DNA of 64,000 bases. It comes from Phoronis australis (lineage: Eukaryota; Animalia; Phoronida). Positions 13,540 through 27,600 of this stretch are shown here, one piece after another (position 1 is the stretch's first letter; each line of letters starts with the position of its first letter). The notes below the pieces were generated by a model, which saw only the letters and a program-made list of their open reading frames with translations, ran no database searches and was not told where the DNA came from. The stretch is from contig NMRA01000246.1 in assembly GCA_002633005.1 (NCBI GenBank), positions 543,598-607,597 of the forward strand, in the 5' to 3' direction. A program made the translations under genes and the position numbers.

Positions 13540-16500
13540 AATCCTTCACTTGCTCACCACAAGGTATTTTTGGGAGATGAACAGCTAAAAAATATCCCAC
13601 AACTGGATAAATAAAAAAACACCAGAACAAAATTCTTGTCTGGCCCGAGGTGCTGTCGTCCCAGTCAGAGGTAGTTCCAGTTTGCATTTTATGCTTGCTT
13701 GCATCAGCACTTTCGTGATTGATGTCTATATCTCGATAAGAGGTGCGTGTTTAGCATATATCCAATAAAAAAACTTTGAACAGAAAATGTTTACGGATAA
13801 AACATCCAGTCAAGAAAGCGCGGCTTCACTAAATAGCTAAGGAAATGACAAATATCTTAGAAAATCTGAATTTTGAGCGATGAGGTAAAGGGCCGATCAT
13901 TCATCTTCAGCATTTAGTTTTAGTGTACATGTAATAGTGGACCAGGACTTTAATAGCGTACTTTTGTCGACCGAGTTCAGCACGTCCAATCGGCCTCTGA
14001 GAAGTTTCTATGAGGGAAACTACGTATATGAAAAAGATCGAGTCATGCGCGGTGGATAGATTACCGGCGGCAAAACAAAACATCCGAAAGTAGTTTTCCA
14101 ACCTTGAAAACAGAATTTTTATTAATTAAAAACGAAATTACCTTCTCGGGTGACGAAATTGTAGCCGATTATTCGCAATTGTTTGTTATTTTTTTATGCC
14201 ATCAAGACATTTCGTCCCGCTCAGTGTTCAAAGGACCAAAGAAGTAAATGGAGCTACATGTACATGTAGGCTTTATACTCTTACAAAGTCACTGATATCG
14301 TTGTTTAGCTTTGAATGTAACTTTCCAAGCTGTAAATATTAGAAGCTAACGAGATAAGGGTCGATTTGGAAAAATCTTTTTATATCTTCAAGTCGCACAT
14401 GATCACTCGCCCACAGCCCGTTTTATCACTAGGAGTCGGCTGGTCATCAACTTTGAAAGGAGCAACTCTATTCACTGGAGAAGTAAAAGTTAGAATGCGT
14501 TGGTTTTTTCAAAATTGGTCAAGTAATACCGACTTTGTCAGCAAAAACCCAAGCCTTGAGCCATACTCATTATTCGCAGCGTGGCTTATCGGCTAACGAC
14601 ATGTACACAGTGTCTACAATAGAAGTTGCATGGGGCTGAAAAACTGTGGGTAAACCAGTTGTCGGTGATGATAGAGTCTGACATGCTTTTATATATCATG
14701 TATCGTGAATGACCTGGTCATGTGACCCAATCAATAAGTCGGTACTATAAAGTTAAAAATCTCGACTGAACACGCTTACGGGTTTGTAATTGCTTGTTCT
14801 TTAAAATTTGCTATCGACAGGCATCCGAAATAATGATGCCTTGGAAAGGACGATTGTCCATAAAATGCTCACCAGGAGTCAATTCCTGCCGCTACATTCC
14901 ACACAGGCGTTGGTTTCCCTCGGCATATACCGGGCTCATTACATGCAGCCTGAGTCCTGAAAAACTCAGTAGGTGGCATACTGAAGAGGGGAGGGGGGCA
15001 AAGGGACTGCTAACTTTTGTCCTTTGAAAATTGTAGTCTCCTCGTGACACCTTAGCCAGTGTTAACAGAATATAGGGGCATGTTTGTTTAACCTATCAGC
15101 TCAACTAAAAATTCTGGCTACTAAATACGAGAAGCCCAGATGAGAGTCACCCATTGAACAAAGAAAAATCATGGCTTAAAATCCTTGCCATATGCCGTGT
15201 TTGGTTCCTACAAAATACAAGAAGCTCAAATCTTTCGCCAAGGCAAAGGATTCATCTGAGTTCAATTTCTCCCATGACTGCAATGTACGACAACCTTCCA
15301 CCCACCCGCAATACGAAGGTTGCGTGACAAATATTTTAAAAACATATATTGAGTCATGTCGTTACAAAAGACAGATATACAATAATAATATAGAGCATAT
15401 GACATTTATGTATCAAAGGCAAGATAGTTATACAGTATACCTTGAATAATCCCCTGGGCATAAACCATAGTTTTGGATTAGCTGGCATCAATTGCTTTTT
15501 GTAAGAACCGATTTATTTGCTATTTGAATACAAGTAGCTCACCGTTTCGAATAAGAGTCATCTATAACGTCTTCTCATGGTTGCTTTTACTGCAGAACAT
15601 ACGATGTTTCTACGTTCTACTTTCCTTGTATGAACCTTGACATGGTCCTGACCGGCAGAGTGGTTTGGTTACATGGAGTATTAGTTTCTTAACCACTATT
15701 CATGAATACAGAGGAATTGATTCATCTTTATGCAAACCTTTTAGGAATGTGGCTATCGCTGCCCTATGAAACGCATCTCTGAAGGTGGTGCAGGTAAGAC
15801 ATCAAACAGATAATTCATCATTTTGTCCTGGTGATTCATTATTCAAGGTATACTGCTGTAAGCTACAAGCAATAGATTGCTAAACTTAATTATTGCAGTT
15901 AAAAAATTAATGGTACAATCATCCGATATACAACTAGGTTTATTTTTGTAGTCAATTATTTCATTCATTGGACAGTTCTCACAACTGCTCTCCACATCCT
16001 GCAACAGTTTTGCAATTTGATCACGAAAATATACAATTTACAAAAGAAAAATCGGAAACAATGATTTAAAAAGTATTTTTACTCAGTGCACATATTACTG
16101 AAATAGTTAGTCAATATGCATTTTACTAAATAATTCACTGTACTTTACAAGCTAATGAGCATCTGTTTCTCATTTTAAAAACTAAAAAATACAGTTTTGT
16201 TGTTAAAATATAACTCACCAAAATGCAGAACAGGTGAGAAGCACTCGCAACATCATTCCAAAAATGCAATTCGAATGCTGCCATAACTTTGAGAGAACCA
16301 TTGGTAAGAATAAATATAAAGAAAAACAACTGAACAGGCTGAGCAACCTCACATCATTATCAGATGTCCCATTATCTTGTTGGTGCTGATGCAATAAAAT
16401 AACTGTTTTGTTATTCAAGAAAGATAAATCCTACAAACAGAAAAACATTCGGGCAAAACCAACATTGTGCTCAAGAAAACAAAGTAAAAAACAGTAACCA

Positions 16501-16666
16501 GTGTTATTGGCAAAAAAACTCACCACATAAACAAATGTTTTCACATGGACTATTGCACATTATAAGATAAGACAGACATTGGATTACAAGAAATACTCTA
16601 CAATCTTGGCAACATCCCCACATTTTATCCAGACTGGAATATCATTGTTTCCACTGCTTTTTCCAT

Positions 16667-19600
16667 TTAGTTCTCACTTCTGATCAAGCATTCAAAGGTT
16701 TCGGTCATTTTACTGGTAGGAAGAACAGGTCCAAACGATTCAATAAGTAATGGTTCTCTCTCCACTGCTTCCCTGAAAACAACAAAACATGTGACATATA
16801 GGAGGAAGTGACATCACAACACAAATCCCCATGCTTTATTGGCTATCAAAAGTGCTCTTGGAGATGTTTGAAACTCAATCAGTGGACTTTCTCTTCAATA
16901 AATTAGTACAATTCAGTTGTCAAGAGGCCCACTTTCCAAAAAAACTCATCTAAAGTGCTGTCTCATTCTGCACTAGTGATGGATTAATGGCAATAAAATA
17001 CAGTTGAAATAAGCTGCATTTACTAGTCATGTACGTGGGAGACAACTGTCACGGAGCAACTAACACCGAACAGATTATTGGACACAAGTCTGTGTGTAAG
17101 TACGACTGACACAAAGCAACATCACAGCAGCCATTTTTGACACTGGTTTAAGAGCAAGTTGCACTTGATCAACAACATGCCTAAACACAAACTGGGGCAA
17201 GGCAGGAAGGATCATCTCAGTTATGCTTGTGTAATAGCATAAATACAGTGATTCGTTGGTAGTTTGGACATTCGCTATATTTTATCCAAGCATGCGCAGA
17301 CAGTAATGACTCTGGTGATTCAGTTTGCAATTTAACATTGTGTAAATGCGACTTAAGTGGAGCAAGTCGCACTGTGACAACACACAATGTGTAAAAACAG
17401 CTATAAATTGATACACATGGAGTAAAAGTTTGGTTTTTTGCGGCTTCTGAAATTGAATTCCTAGCTTCCACAAAATTAAGTTGAAGAAATACGATGAAAA
17501 TTAGCCAATAGGTTAAGTCTCGGTTCTCTGGAACCCATTGATGAATGGTTTTAGTAATTCATTGAATAGTGTGTGTAAGTATACTACTTCCTGTCATCTT
17601 ACAAAAATGAGAGAAATGTATACTTGCTTGTTAACTTGATGGGTGCGGAGACAATGAGCATGGGTAATTCTGGCTGATGTACGTTACACAGCTTTGGCAA
17701 TGCAATTTCAGCCCATAGCAGCTTTGCAAAAATTATGTAGTTGAAACCAGAGTATAGTTTAAGTGATGCCAAAAATGCTGAAGATTCAGTTTTTGTAACA
17801 TAGTGATTTTTATCGCAATCAATTCTGATGGTAAACAAATTTTTATTTTCTTGAAGAGCGATTTAAGAAAAAAATCTTCTATGCATGTAATGTGTAATAT
17901 ACAAGGGCACTTAAAATGATACCAAATCCGGCTTTGGCATATTAACAAACACTAAAAATGACTTTTCAATCTATTTCTCTGAAACAAACAAATGCTCTGG
18001 AACCCTCGACATCCCTCAACAGTTTGGAGGAAAAATTTGAACTCATTTCAAATTTGATAAACAAGCAAGCATGACCTACGCTTTTAGTGTATTATATAGC
18101 AACTGTGGGAAAGTCCACCCATCAAGGACCATAATGTCCAATCAGTGACATGGGATGTATGGGTTTTAGTTGATTCATGTATTTAGCTTGGATGATTGAT
18201 GTATTAGGCAGTGACAGAACTAGGATTGGTTGAAATCTTCAAAACAGGGTTTAGTACCCTTTTAACTGTATGTAGTACTAATGGAAGTTGGAAATAAGAG
18301 AATGCCTTTTTTAGAATGAGATCAAAGTAATGAGATAGTATAGGAACTAAGTCTTACAGGTAGTCAGTCAGGCTGAATCGGTTGTCTCTGTCCATATCCA
18401 TTAGTTTTATCACAATTTCAACCAGATCTTTTACACTTTCATCCGGGTCTTCTTCACTGTTAGACTGAAATAATTAATATCAACTGGTAGTTATTGTGTC
18501 ACCTCCAAGCTAGCAGCCAATAGCAATCATTAATGAAACTAACTGTATGGAAGTGATGGATGGGACAATATTGATAAGCATAATTAATAGATACACAAAT
18601 TCTAATGTGACAAGAGTGTCTGTAAATGAAACTGGCTTACACAAATATTTAATGATTAATCAATTATACTTGATGATCCCAAAGTTAGAATCTTGAATAA
18701 GTCATATCATTAGAAGTTGACATTCTAACATGTGTAAATGCCCAAAACACATTGAAAAGTCATTTGACAACCTTTATTTTAAATTCATTTTTGCATTAGT
18801 TAAGGTGAGTTCTTTTGAATAGTAAAATTTGCAAATCATGTTATGAAACAGGTGACTAAAAGCAAAGTACTTTTTCCAATCCGTAGTCAAAAACAAGAAC
18901 TTTGCTCAATGTGTACATGAACAAATTAAATTGAATGTGGCACAGATGCACCATCAGATAGTATTGAAATAGTTCTAGAGTCAAAGTGGGGTATCCAAGT
19001 CTTTCTTTACCTTCTGAACACATTTCTTAAGCAACTGAAACATTTCTTCTCTGGAGATGTAACCATCACCGTTCAAGTCGTAAATGATGTGGCACACTAC
19101 AAAGTATAAACAGTTGTACCACATGTTACCAAGGTGTGACAACAAATTCACAAGTGAAAGTGTGTTAAATTAATAATTTTACAAATTTTATAAATTTACA
19201 CTAACCTACCTTACATACCGTTAATATTATTTACTAAATTATACTTTATAATATATTACATTACACTTCACGGCACTGTACTACACTGCACCACACTTCA
19301 ACATGCATGGTTTAAAGTTAGCTAATTACGGGAGAATAAACATAAAGTAAAAGCAATTTAATACCGTCACTGTACTGGTAATTAGGTATTGTTAAGTATT
19401 AATGCAAGAAGTGTGGCTAGTGCACAGAGGTGAGAGGAGAATTTTCATGACACTTGAAAGGACGTTACATTGCTCTGTGTGAATAGAAAATTCACTTCTT
19501 TAAATATGATTGAGAATTTGTGCTTTAAGTCTAGCACGGTTCCTGAAACCTAGTAACAAGCCTTGAATGGATAGCTGATGTTTATCTTCTTTCAACTTTA

Positions 19601-22600
19601 CATAGCACAACACAGCTCCTTCACATAATACAATGCATGTCTGTCATTAACAAGTTCAAAATTCATCGTAACTCGCAGATCAACTGCAAATATTATAAAT
19701 AGTTTGAGAAAAAATTTACTTCCACCAAAGACATTTACTGAAAATATATTTTGTTAAAAATTACCAGCATACCTGTTGCATCAGTTGTATGGTATCTAAT
19801 AGTCATTACCGAAGTTTTTAAAAATAAGCACATCTTAAGATTCACCCAATGGGGACATACATGTTAAGAAAATTTTTGTGCAAATACGTCGAAGGTACAC
19901 TGTATTTAGTTGGCAAAAAAGCATGTTGAATTCTAAAACTTTGCCCTGGAGTTTCATAGAAATGGGCACAAAACTGTAATAAAAATAATTTTTATGCAAT
20001 AAACTTGTACCTGTGGGAACAATGATACATGGATAGGTTGTACATTGACTAACTCGGTTTCAGTTTCTGTGCCAGCTACAGTACTGATCAATATGCCTGA
20101 TTCTTTATTCATCACTAGTCCATGCTTTTTTTCCAAAAGTAACGCTCAAGGCTAATTGCACACAACTCTGATATATGTTAGTAAACGATGCATCAGTAAA
20201 CAAAACTCTTAACTGGATCAAAAAGAAATTTGTAAAATGTTGACATAAATGTTAAAATTGTAAAATTTACGTGCACAAATTGTGATGGAACCTCCAGTCT
20301 CATGAAAAACACTGGTCAATTAATATTAGTGGTATCAACTAAACATCATGATTGAAGGTGAATGAGACTGTCTTACTAGTTGCTTTCTCTTGCTTAGACC
20401 CTCTCAGATATACTGACAGTCCCCTGATCCACTCTTCCTTGCTGATGTTGCCATCATTGTCAGCATCGAATGCTCTGAACACTGGAAACAAATAAAAACA
20501 GTCACTACAACACAATGTCTTTAATTATCAGTGCTCTCTATAACCCATGACAGCATTCTCCCATTCAGTGACTTTACCAGATGCAGAGGGTTGTTAGCAT
20601 GTGATAATATCTAAGTCTTTTGTTAACTGCCAAGCACAGTCTTTTGTCTGGTGTGACAACAGGCAGACCAATTATCTACCAGACTTATTACTTACCATGT
20701 GTGAACACAGTCAAACCCAGAGCAAATTGGTACTTTCGGAAAGAATCGATTGTACAGTTGTAACTTTGGTTGTAATTGGGCGATTTTGGTGATTCAAAAA
20801 CTAAACATGATCAGCATTTGACAAGGAATTCAGAAATGCTATTGGTTTATGTTTAAATATGTTATAACTTAACTTTTACCTTTAACAGCACAGCCCAGTC
20901 AGGATAGATATGATCTTATTGGAGATTGAAGCAATTATCGAACAAAAGAGAGATGGCCCTCTAACCATAAATGCCAGAATGGAGTTAATCAGTCATGTAA
21001 GATACATGTATTGGCTACAGGGGTCATCTTCCCAACTTGTTGTTGGGCTATAGAATAGAACAAGTGGGAGCGACGGGAAAACGTCGTAAAGCAGTTTGAC
21101 TCATCTCTAACGTTTAGTTTTACTGCTGTTATGGGTTTGGCTTAATTACTCACATCGAGATTGAAAACCTATGCAACCAGTTTGGAGATTAGTCACGTTT
21201 CAAGCTACTTAGCACATTTTGAACTGTTGGTATCACTTAAATGCATATACTAGTATTCCATGACTTAACACACAAACTCCCCACAGTATGGACTGCATGG
21301 ACTTTCAAACAATCTTGCAATTCCAGGCGATTTTTTCTGCATTGGAGAACACTGCTTGCTTGTTGAAAATAATTACGTTATTTATAAAAATCATGTTTAG
21401 GGCAGTTCCAGTAAAATCTGTATGGGAGGGGGGAAGGCACCTTTTTTTGCACCCACCAACCATATTTTTCATTTATTTTTCTTCAGCCTACCACCCGTAA
21501 TTTTTTATAAGTTTGAAATGCAACCACCCGTAATTTTTTTTTGTTCTTGTGGTTGACTGCACATGCAGGCGCTCGAGTTTATCTGTTCCTCCATCACCAC
21601 TAACATCATTCATCACTTAGAAAACATATGTTTCTTATATATGATTATTAGCCATCGAGAAATTCGAGCACCTGTGGTTAAATGGTGTTATGGGCATGCC
21701 GATTAGGAGATCGGAGGGAGTGAAAAAGTCGGAGCTCTTTGCAAGTTGCATTTTTGTTTCAGTTTTTGATTCTGTGCAGATTGTTTATAAAATTTACTAA
21801 AATTACCCACCATCAAACATTTATGGCCCAATGAAACAACAACGACCTGTAAATTTTAATTTTTTTGAAGTACGACCACCAGCCATTTTGAATTTAAGTC
21901 AAACGCAACCACCCATCAATTTTTATTTCAGTTGCCTTCCCCCCCTCCCACACAGATTTTGCTGGAACAGCCCTTACCTTTTTAGCTAAAGAAATGGAAA
22001 GCTAGCATTTAGATCTTATCACAGACAGTAATGTCTCACAATGACTGAAAAACAGCGTTTTAATACTAATAAATTCAAACATGTGATTTTAAGGGAGCAA
22101 TCCCACAGAATCGGCACATTTCCACTTGTGATATAAGGATTCTACTTGATGTTTTATCAAAACAAAAGTGTTATGTCACTAACTGCATTTAAAAGTTGAC
22201 TAGTGAAAACAATAATTTATTTATTTCTTTAAACTTCTTTAAAAGACTGGGTGACCACTTCAGTGAATACACTGATTGTCAAGCGGGCACAGTCTGGAAT
22301 AATGACATGAAATAAACTACAGACAGCTATGTACAATTAGATTGAAAAGATGATAAATAAAACAAATTAGTATAAAATTAGTTAATATGTACAATTTGAT
22401 GAATAAATAACATAAAATAGACAAAAATAGTGACTAGCTGAGGCCTACAGAAACAAACCGCGCACAAAGTCCCAGTACTTCTGTTTGAAGACGTGGACAT
22501 TGGGCGCATTAGCGACGGCAATCCCCAGCCCATTGTAAGCGAAAGCACCTCTGTAGGCAAAAGTTCTTTTGCCACAGTTGTTTTTAAGTTTAACTGATAT

Positions 22601-24306
22601 TAGGCAGCCAGAAACACTCGCTCTAGTATTGTAAATGTGAGAATCTCTGACTGCCTTGAATTTAGTGGTAAGGTAATTAGGTGGGAGGCTATGTGTGGCT
22701 TTGTACACCATAAAGTTTAAATGAAAAGGCACCCTGCTAACCAGGCTGCACCAACCAAGTTGATCTAGGTCAGAAATAGGACATTATAAAGACCATTATA
22801 GCTGAATATCAGCCTCCCAGCCTCGTTTTGTAATTTTTGAAGTCTATCCTGAAGATATGATGCACAATTACCCCACACAACATCACAGAAATCAAAGTGT
22901 GGTACAATTAGATTCCTGCACAGAGTCCGAAGAGTAGCCTGATCAACATAGGTCCTGACTCTGTACAAAAGCCCAATCCGCTGAGAAACTTTTTTGCACA
23001 CACAATCTACATGTTCGGCCCATGATAAATTATTATCAATCATCAACACCCAGATATTTATATTTCTCTTAAAAGATACTTTTCATAATTTCCATTGTAC
23101 TATGCTGAAGGGTTTTGACTATCGGTCCTTGGGCTGTGTACTAGTTGATGTTTTGGCATATTACCTCTGTCCATCAACACATCATCTGTTACACTGAAAT
23201 GATTGTGTAGGATATCTCTGAAGATTGTTCTGTCCATTTTCTGCATGCGTCCTTCTTTGGTGCATGTGAACTTGTTGTACATCGAAAGAAGTTCTTGACA
23301 TTCATGTTTTGTGACTGAAAATGTACCGAGAAATTACATATTAAAAACTGTACAATCTACAAAAAATCATATTTGAAAAATGAATATAAAATTTCTGTAC
23401 AAATAGTGTTCAAACTGAAAATGTGCTAATAAATAAACTGCTAAACAAAGAGCAATGAATCTTATTTCACACTATTTATTATGGCAAGCCCTTGAGACTG
23501 TGAGATATGTTTCACAGTATATATGTAGATAATATAGAATCATACATGTATATAGGTCTGAAGTTCAGAACTAATTTAACAAGTTCATAATATAATTCAT
23601 TTTTGGCATTCGTAAGCCTTTGTTATGAAATTATTCTATGGTTACCTGAATGAGTCCATGCAAACTTTTAAATGAGTATGTAGCCTGTCTGGAAGTAGTA
23701 CATGGTCAAATCAAATCAGTGGGACTGCAACTACACTGCATGGGTCTAAATTATAACCACTTACTTACCCGGACAAACAAAATTATGAAGATTTAGAGCG
23801 TGATGTAAATTTTTGGAGGATCTACGACTGCATTTTGCTCAACTGCAAATCTATTTATAGTACATTGTAGGCTAGATATTTGTGTCAGGAGACAAAGCCA
23901 TGAAAATCATGACCTGATTTATAGCTCCATAAGTCCTGTTCAGGTCATAAAGCGCAGGGTTTATTTCGCCAGATTTTCTGAAATGTGCAAATGACCAGTT
24001 TCACAAACTACTTTTGAATAGTTACATTAATATTCAGAAATTTAACACTTCGTTATAGAAGCCAGCATGTCAACAGCGAGCCTTGGCGCAAAGCTGTGTA
24101 CTAAAATATATATTTTGACGATAGTCTTCATCAGCTAGCTGGGTGGCTAGTCAGCAGCCAGAGTCTAGTCAAAACTTATGTGACTATGTTTAGTTCCAAA
24201 ACAAAGCTATTCAGAACAACAAAACATATTTACAATGAGTATTTCTGGATTCATTCTCTGCAATTTCATTCATCTGTTTCCTCACGCTTGCATTGGTTGT
24301 TGCCAT
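16667..24306 (-). CDS. EFCAB1: Calaxin / EF-hand calcium-binding domain-containing protein 1-like, paralogue A (6 coding exons)
   Basis: Exons 24306-24234, 23314-23165, 20481-20377, 19096-19011, 18464-18358, 16772-16667, all GT-AG and phase-compatible. Protein [34 protein letters not shown]...[53 protein letters not shown]...[19 protein letters not shown]...[52 protein letters not shown]...*, matching calaxin motifs (DR..FR.ILH..F..TDD..MDRVFR.FD, EEDPDE..KDLVEI, LLLEAFGP.LP). Confidence 0.93.
21400..21973. mobile_element. PIF/Harbinger-type MITE in intron 2 of calaxin A
   Basis: ~40-bp TIRs (GGGCAGTTCCAGTAAAATCTGTATGGGAGGGGGGAAGGCA ... TGCCTTCCCCCCCTCCCACACAGATTTTGCTGGAACAGCCC), TTA duplicated on both sides, internal repeats of CAACCACCCGTAATTTT. 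Confidence 0.8.
22215..23050 (-). mobile_element. 5'-truncated CR1/L2-group LINE (C-terminal part of ORF2 plus 3' UTR)
   Basis: [29 protein letters not shown]...[16 protein letters not shown]...[12 protein letters not shown] and HIYNTRAS...[15 protein letters not shown]; 3' end with a stem-loop-like CAGTGTATTCACTG followed by an AAATAAATAAA tail. Confidence 0.85.
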
Positions 24307-24684
24307 TTTAAGATTACAATAGTCTTTTGTGCAGCAACAAATTTTCAACACTGAAGTTACAATATCCGCTTGTGGTTGTCAAGTTACCGAGACATGCGCA
24401 GTTCAATTTCCTAATATTGTGAACCAATTGCGTTTTTAATAAGTTCAAACTTTATTCAAATTAAAATAAAAATTACCGAAAAAATTATAAATTTAGTGGT
24501 AGAATTGAACATTGTATTATAAACTTACTTATTTTTTGTGATAATGTTGATTATTTGGTGTTAATATTTGTAATACTACAAAAATGTAACGGTTACTCAA
24601 AGGGTAACAACACAAAGCTGAAATCAAACAGGTGCTCGAAGTTGCAAATCTCAGCTCAAGCTGAGTATCATCAAACGTACAGAA
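24307..24684. promoter_or_regulatory. Bidirectional promoter / 5' UTR region between the two calaxin genes, with X-box (RFX)-like motifs
   Basis: 378 bp between divergent ATGs. GTTGTCAAGTTAC at 24375-24387 and GTTACTCAAAGGGTAAC at 24592-24608 resemble the RFX X-box, one next to each gene. Both matches are imperfect. Confidence 0.55.
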
Positions 24685-27600
24685 ATGGCGAACATAACGG
24701 CAAGGAAGGAGCTTAATTTATTGGCCGAAAGGGAAACCAAACACACGCACTGTAAGTTGTCCTGGCTGGCGCAATATTTGTGCTCCTCGTTGGCCATCAT
24801 TAACTGAATGATTTGTCATCGACCTAAAGTTTAAACTGAATGGCAAAGACTGGTCAAAACTGTGGTAGGCGGGAGTTGTTTCCACAACCTAGCAGTACGG
24901 GATCAAATAGCAGCCCTAGATGCTTGTCTGTAGTAGAGTGTGTTGCATGAAAGGATTTGGGGATATTGTTATAATAAAAAGGAGAGCTGACAGGGCATGA
25001 CGTGAACCCTTGACAAGGGATTGTGTTGAGGAGGTTGGTAGCAGTGTCACGTTACACTTTTCCAACTCTAGCAGGACAAAATTTTTCCAACTCTTGATGT
25101 TTAAGTTTTGATCATTTGAGCTTTAAGTCCATTGATTTTCAATTTTGTGGTGGAAACTTTAACTTCTACTTCAGCCTGTTTACAAGATTACATAGAAAAT
25201 CCACATTGTTGTGACGGCTTAAGGTATCAACATAAATTTTTCTGATGGAAGTTGTTGTGGTTGTTGCCCTTCAATTATGCATGAATGAGACACGTGTGTG
25301 TCAGAATCTGTGCTTATTAACAGATTATTTGACATTGACATTTTTTAATCAAGATCCGTTGGTGTTCAGAAGTCAAAAAGAATCAATATGTGGACTTTCT
25401 TGCAACATTCAGCAGTTTGTCACATGAAAAATGTATAATGTGCGCGATATTTTTTCTTGTCTTGGATGACTATACACTCCGATTGGTATCATTGCCATTG
25501 GTGCATTGGAAACTTAGTTAATCAAAACTAATAATGCACATTGTGATCCAAACAACCAGTTTCAGTCATAGTGAGCCTCAGTATGCTGTAAAAATGAACT
25601 GTTTTATGATCAGTTGACATATGAAATGAAAAATGTGTGAACCTCCAGGACAACATGCAAATGTAGGCATGAGACACAGAATTGGGTAATTTGTTGCTTT
25701 TCTTAAATGACCAAATAGAATAATAGGTCAATTGACCAATCACCATTGATGTTCGGAAATTCTGCTCAATTTATTCTCACACAATTTCATGTTAGTCAAA
25801 TAAACAAGTCATATGAAATGAGGATTCAGGCTTTAGACTGTTTTTATCACTTCAGTGTTTATGTGGTGTTTTGTTGGTTTCACACTTGATTTAGGATCTC
25901 TGAACAATTAGAAAGCAAAGTGTTACATGATGTTCACTGTAACGTTTATTCAACAATAAGAAATAATGCACGTAACTAATAGTGATTCTGTTTATTAGTT
26001 CATCAGTCAGTTTGTTTTTCTACATATTTTTACATTACTCACCAAGTCATGTAGGTTGGGGGAATTTTTACATGTTTGTAACCATTGTTGGCATTAATTT
26101 ACAATTCTGAGCAAACGTCGTTTTCTTTTTTAGTTACTTTACTTGAAGTTCAAGCTCTGCTAACGGAATACCAGAAGAAAATCAAGAACAGTAAGAACCC
26201 AACAAAGATGGACAGATATGTCTTCCAAGACATTTTACACAATGATTTTCAGATCACAGATCCTTATATCATGGATACCAGTGAGTACATGTTGAAAACA
26301 AAATAATTCAAAATAACTAAAACTGCTCAGGGAAGATCAGAAAATCTGCTGATGGTTCATTTGGTCCTGAAACATAAATTTATCTAGTATCTGGGTGTAA
26401 CAATTTGTATTATCCATAATTCAGGAGGACCTAAGGGTAACTGCCCAAAAGTCTATAATGGTCAGAAAGTGTTCCACAGGACCTATTTTATTGTGTTTAC
26501 CAGCATTATGACATGTTTAAATGGGTGTCATGTTTGAATGCCCCCCCCCCCCCCCNCCCCCCCCCCCCCTCCTCTCTGGACACGTTTGGGGTTTGACTAT
26601 AGAGAACCGTGCTCAATAGTGCTTTTTGTGATCTGCATGTTATGAGTTGTCGTCGGTTTTAAAAGTCAAACAAATTTGTTTTCTTTGCTGCTGTCCATTA
26701 ATTACTATTCAGTACATCAACTGCTTGATATACTGCTCTTAAATTTGATCAACTCAAAGTACTTTTGCACCACTGACAGAGAACACAGATTTGCTATGCG
26801 CTGTTGATGTTTGCGTCACTCTGAAATGTTATGATATTCATTTATGGAGCACACTTGAGAATGATTTTTGACGCCAGTTACATAATGTCAAAGCTCAGTA
26901 CACTGCTGAGGGCTACACCTCAGAATGACCAAGAAGGTGCAACACTTGGAAAGTATTTCCTCTTGGTTTTATAGCATAATTTTGCTTATGATGTCTTTCA
27001 TGAGGAACTGATACATCCAGACTGCTAATCCGCCAGCAGTCCGGGTCTATTAATATCAATGTTTGAATGTTAAGTAGTGATGAACTAAAATCTCTGTAAA
27101 GTTTAACTTCATATAAAGAATTTGAGTTGGACAAAAATTGCTGCAAACTCCATTAAAAACTTCAATGTTGTAATTAAATGTGGATTTGCTCTACATGTCT
27201 AGAAATGCTTGTATAACCATCTATCAATTGTTTGGCATTCCATTCACAGATCAGGCTGTCTAAAATAAAATGATTAATTACTTCTAATAAACAAAACCTG
27301 TTAAGTTTGGTATGATAGATTTGAATCGATTTTTGCTTAAATGAACCGCTGTCTTTGCCTTATCATTAAGTGTGTATGTGTTCTTGGATACTCTAGTATG
27401 TTCTGAATTTGTTTCGTGTGTTTGTAGTCATGCAGTTTAACTTTGCATATGTTTGATGTTTTTATGTTTGAACTTGGACATCGCTGGTCACCCTGCAAAA
27501 ATATGGAAGTGTCCAGTTGTATTCTTATGGAATACTTTTGACCTGAAGCTTGTACACAAAACAAGAAAGTCCGATTTTCACAGATGGGAATCATAGTGAA

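Noticed and set aside
15540-15580. Another hammerhead-like motif (minus strand …TTATTCGAAACGG)
   Set aside because: The CTGANGA core is not intact and the stems are unconvincing.
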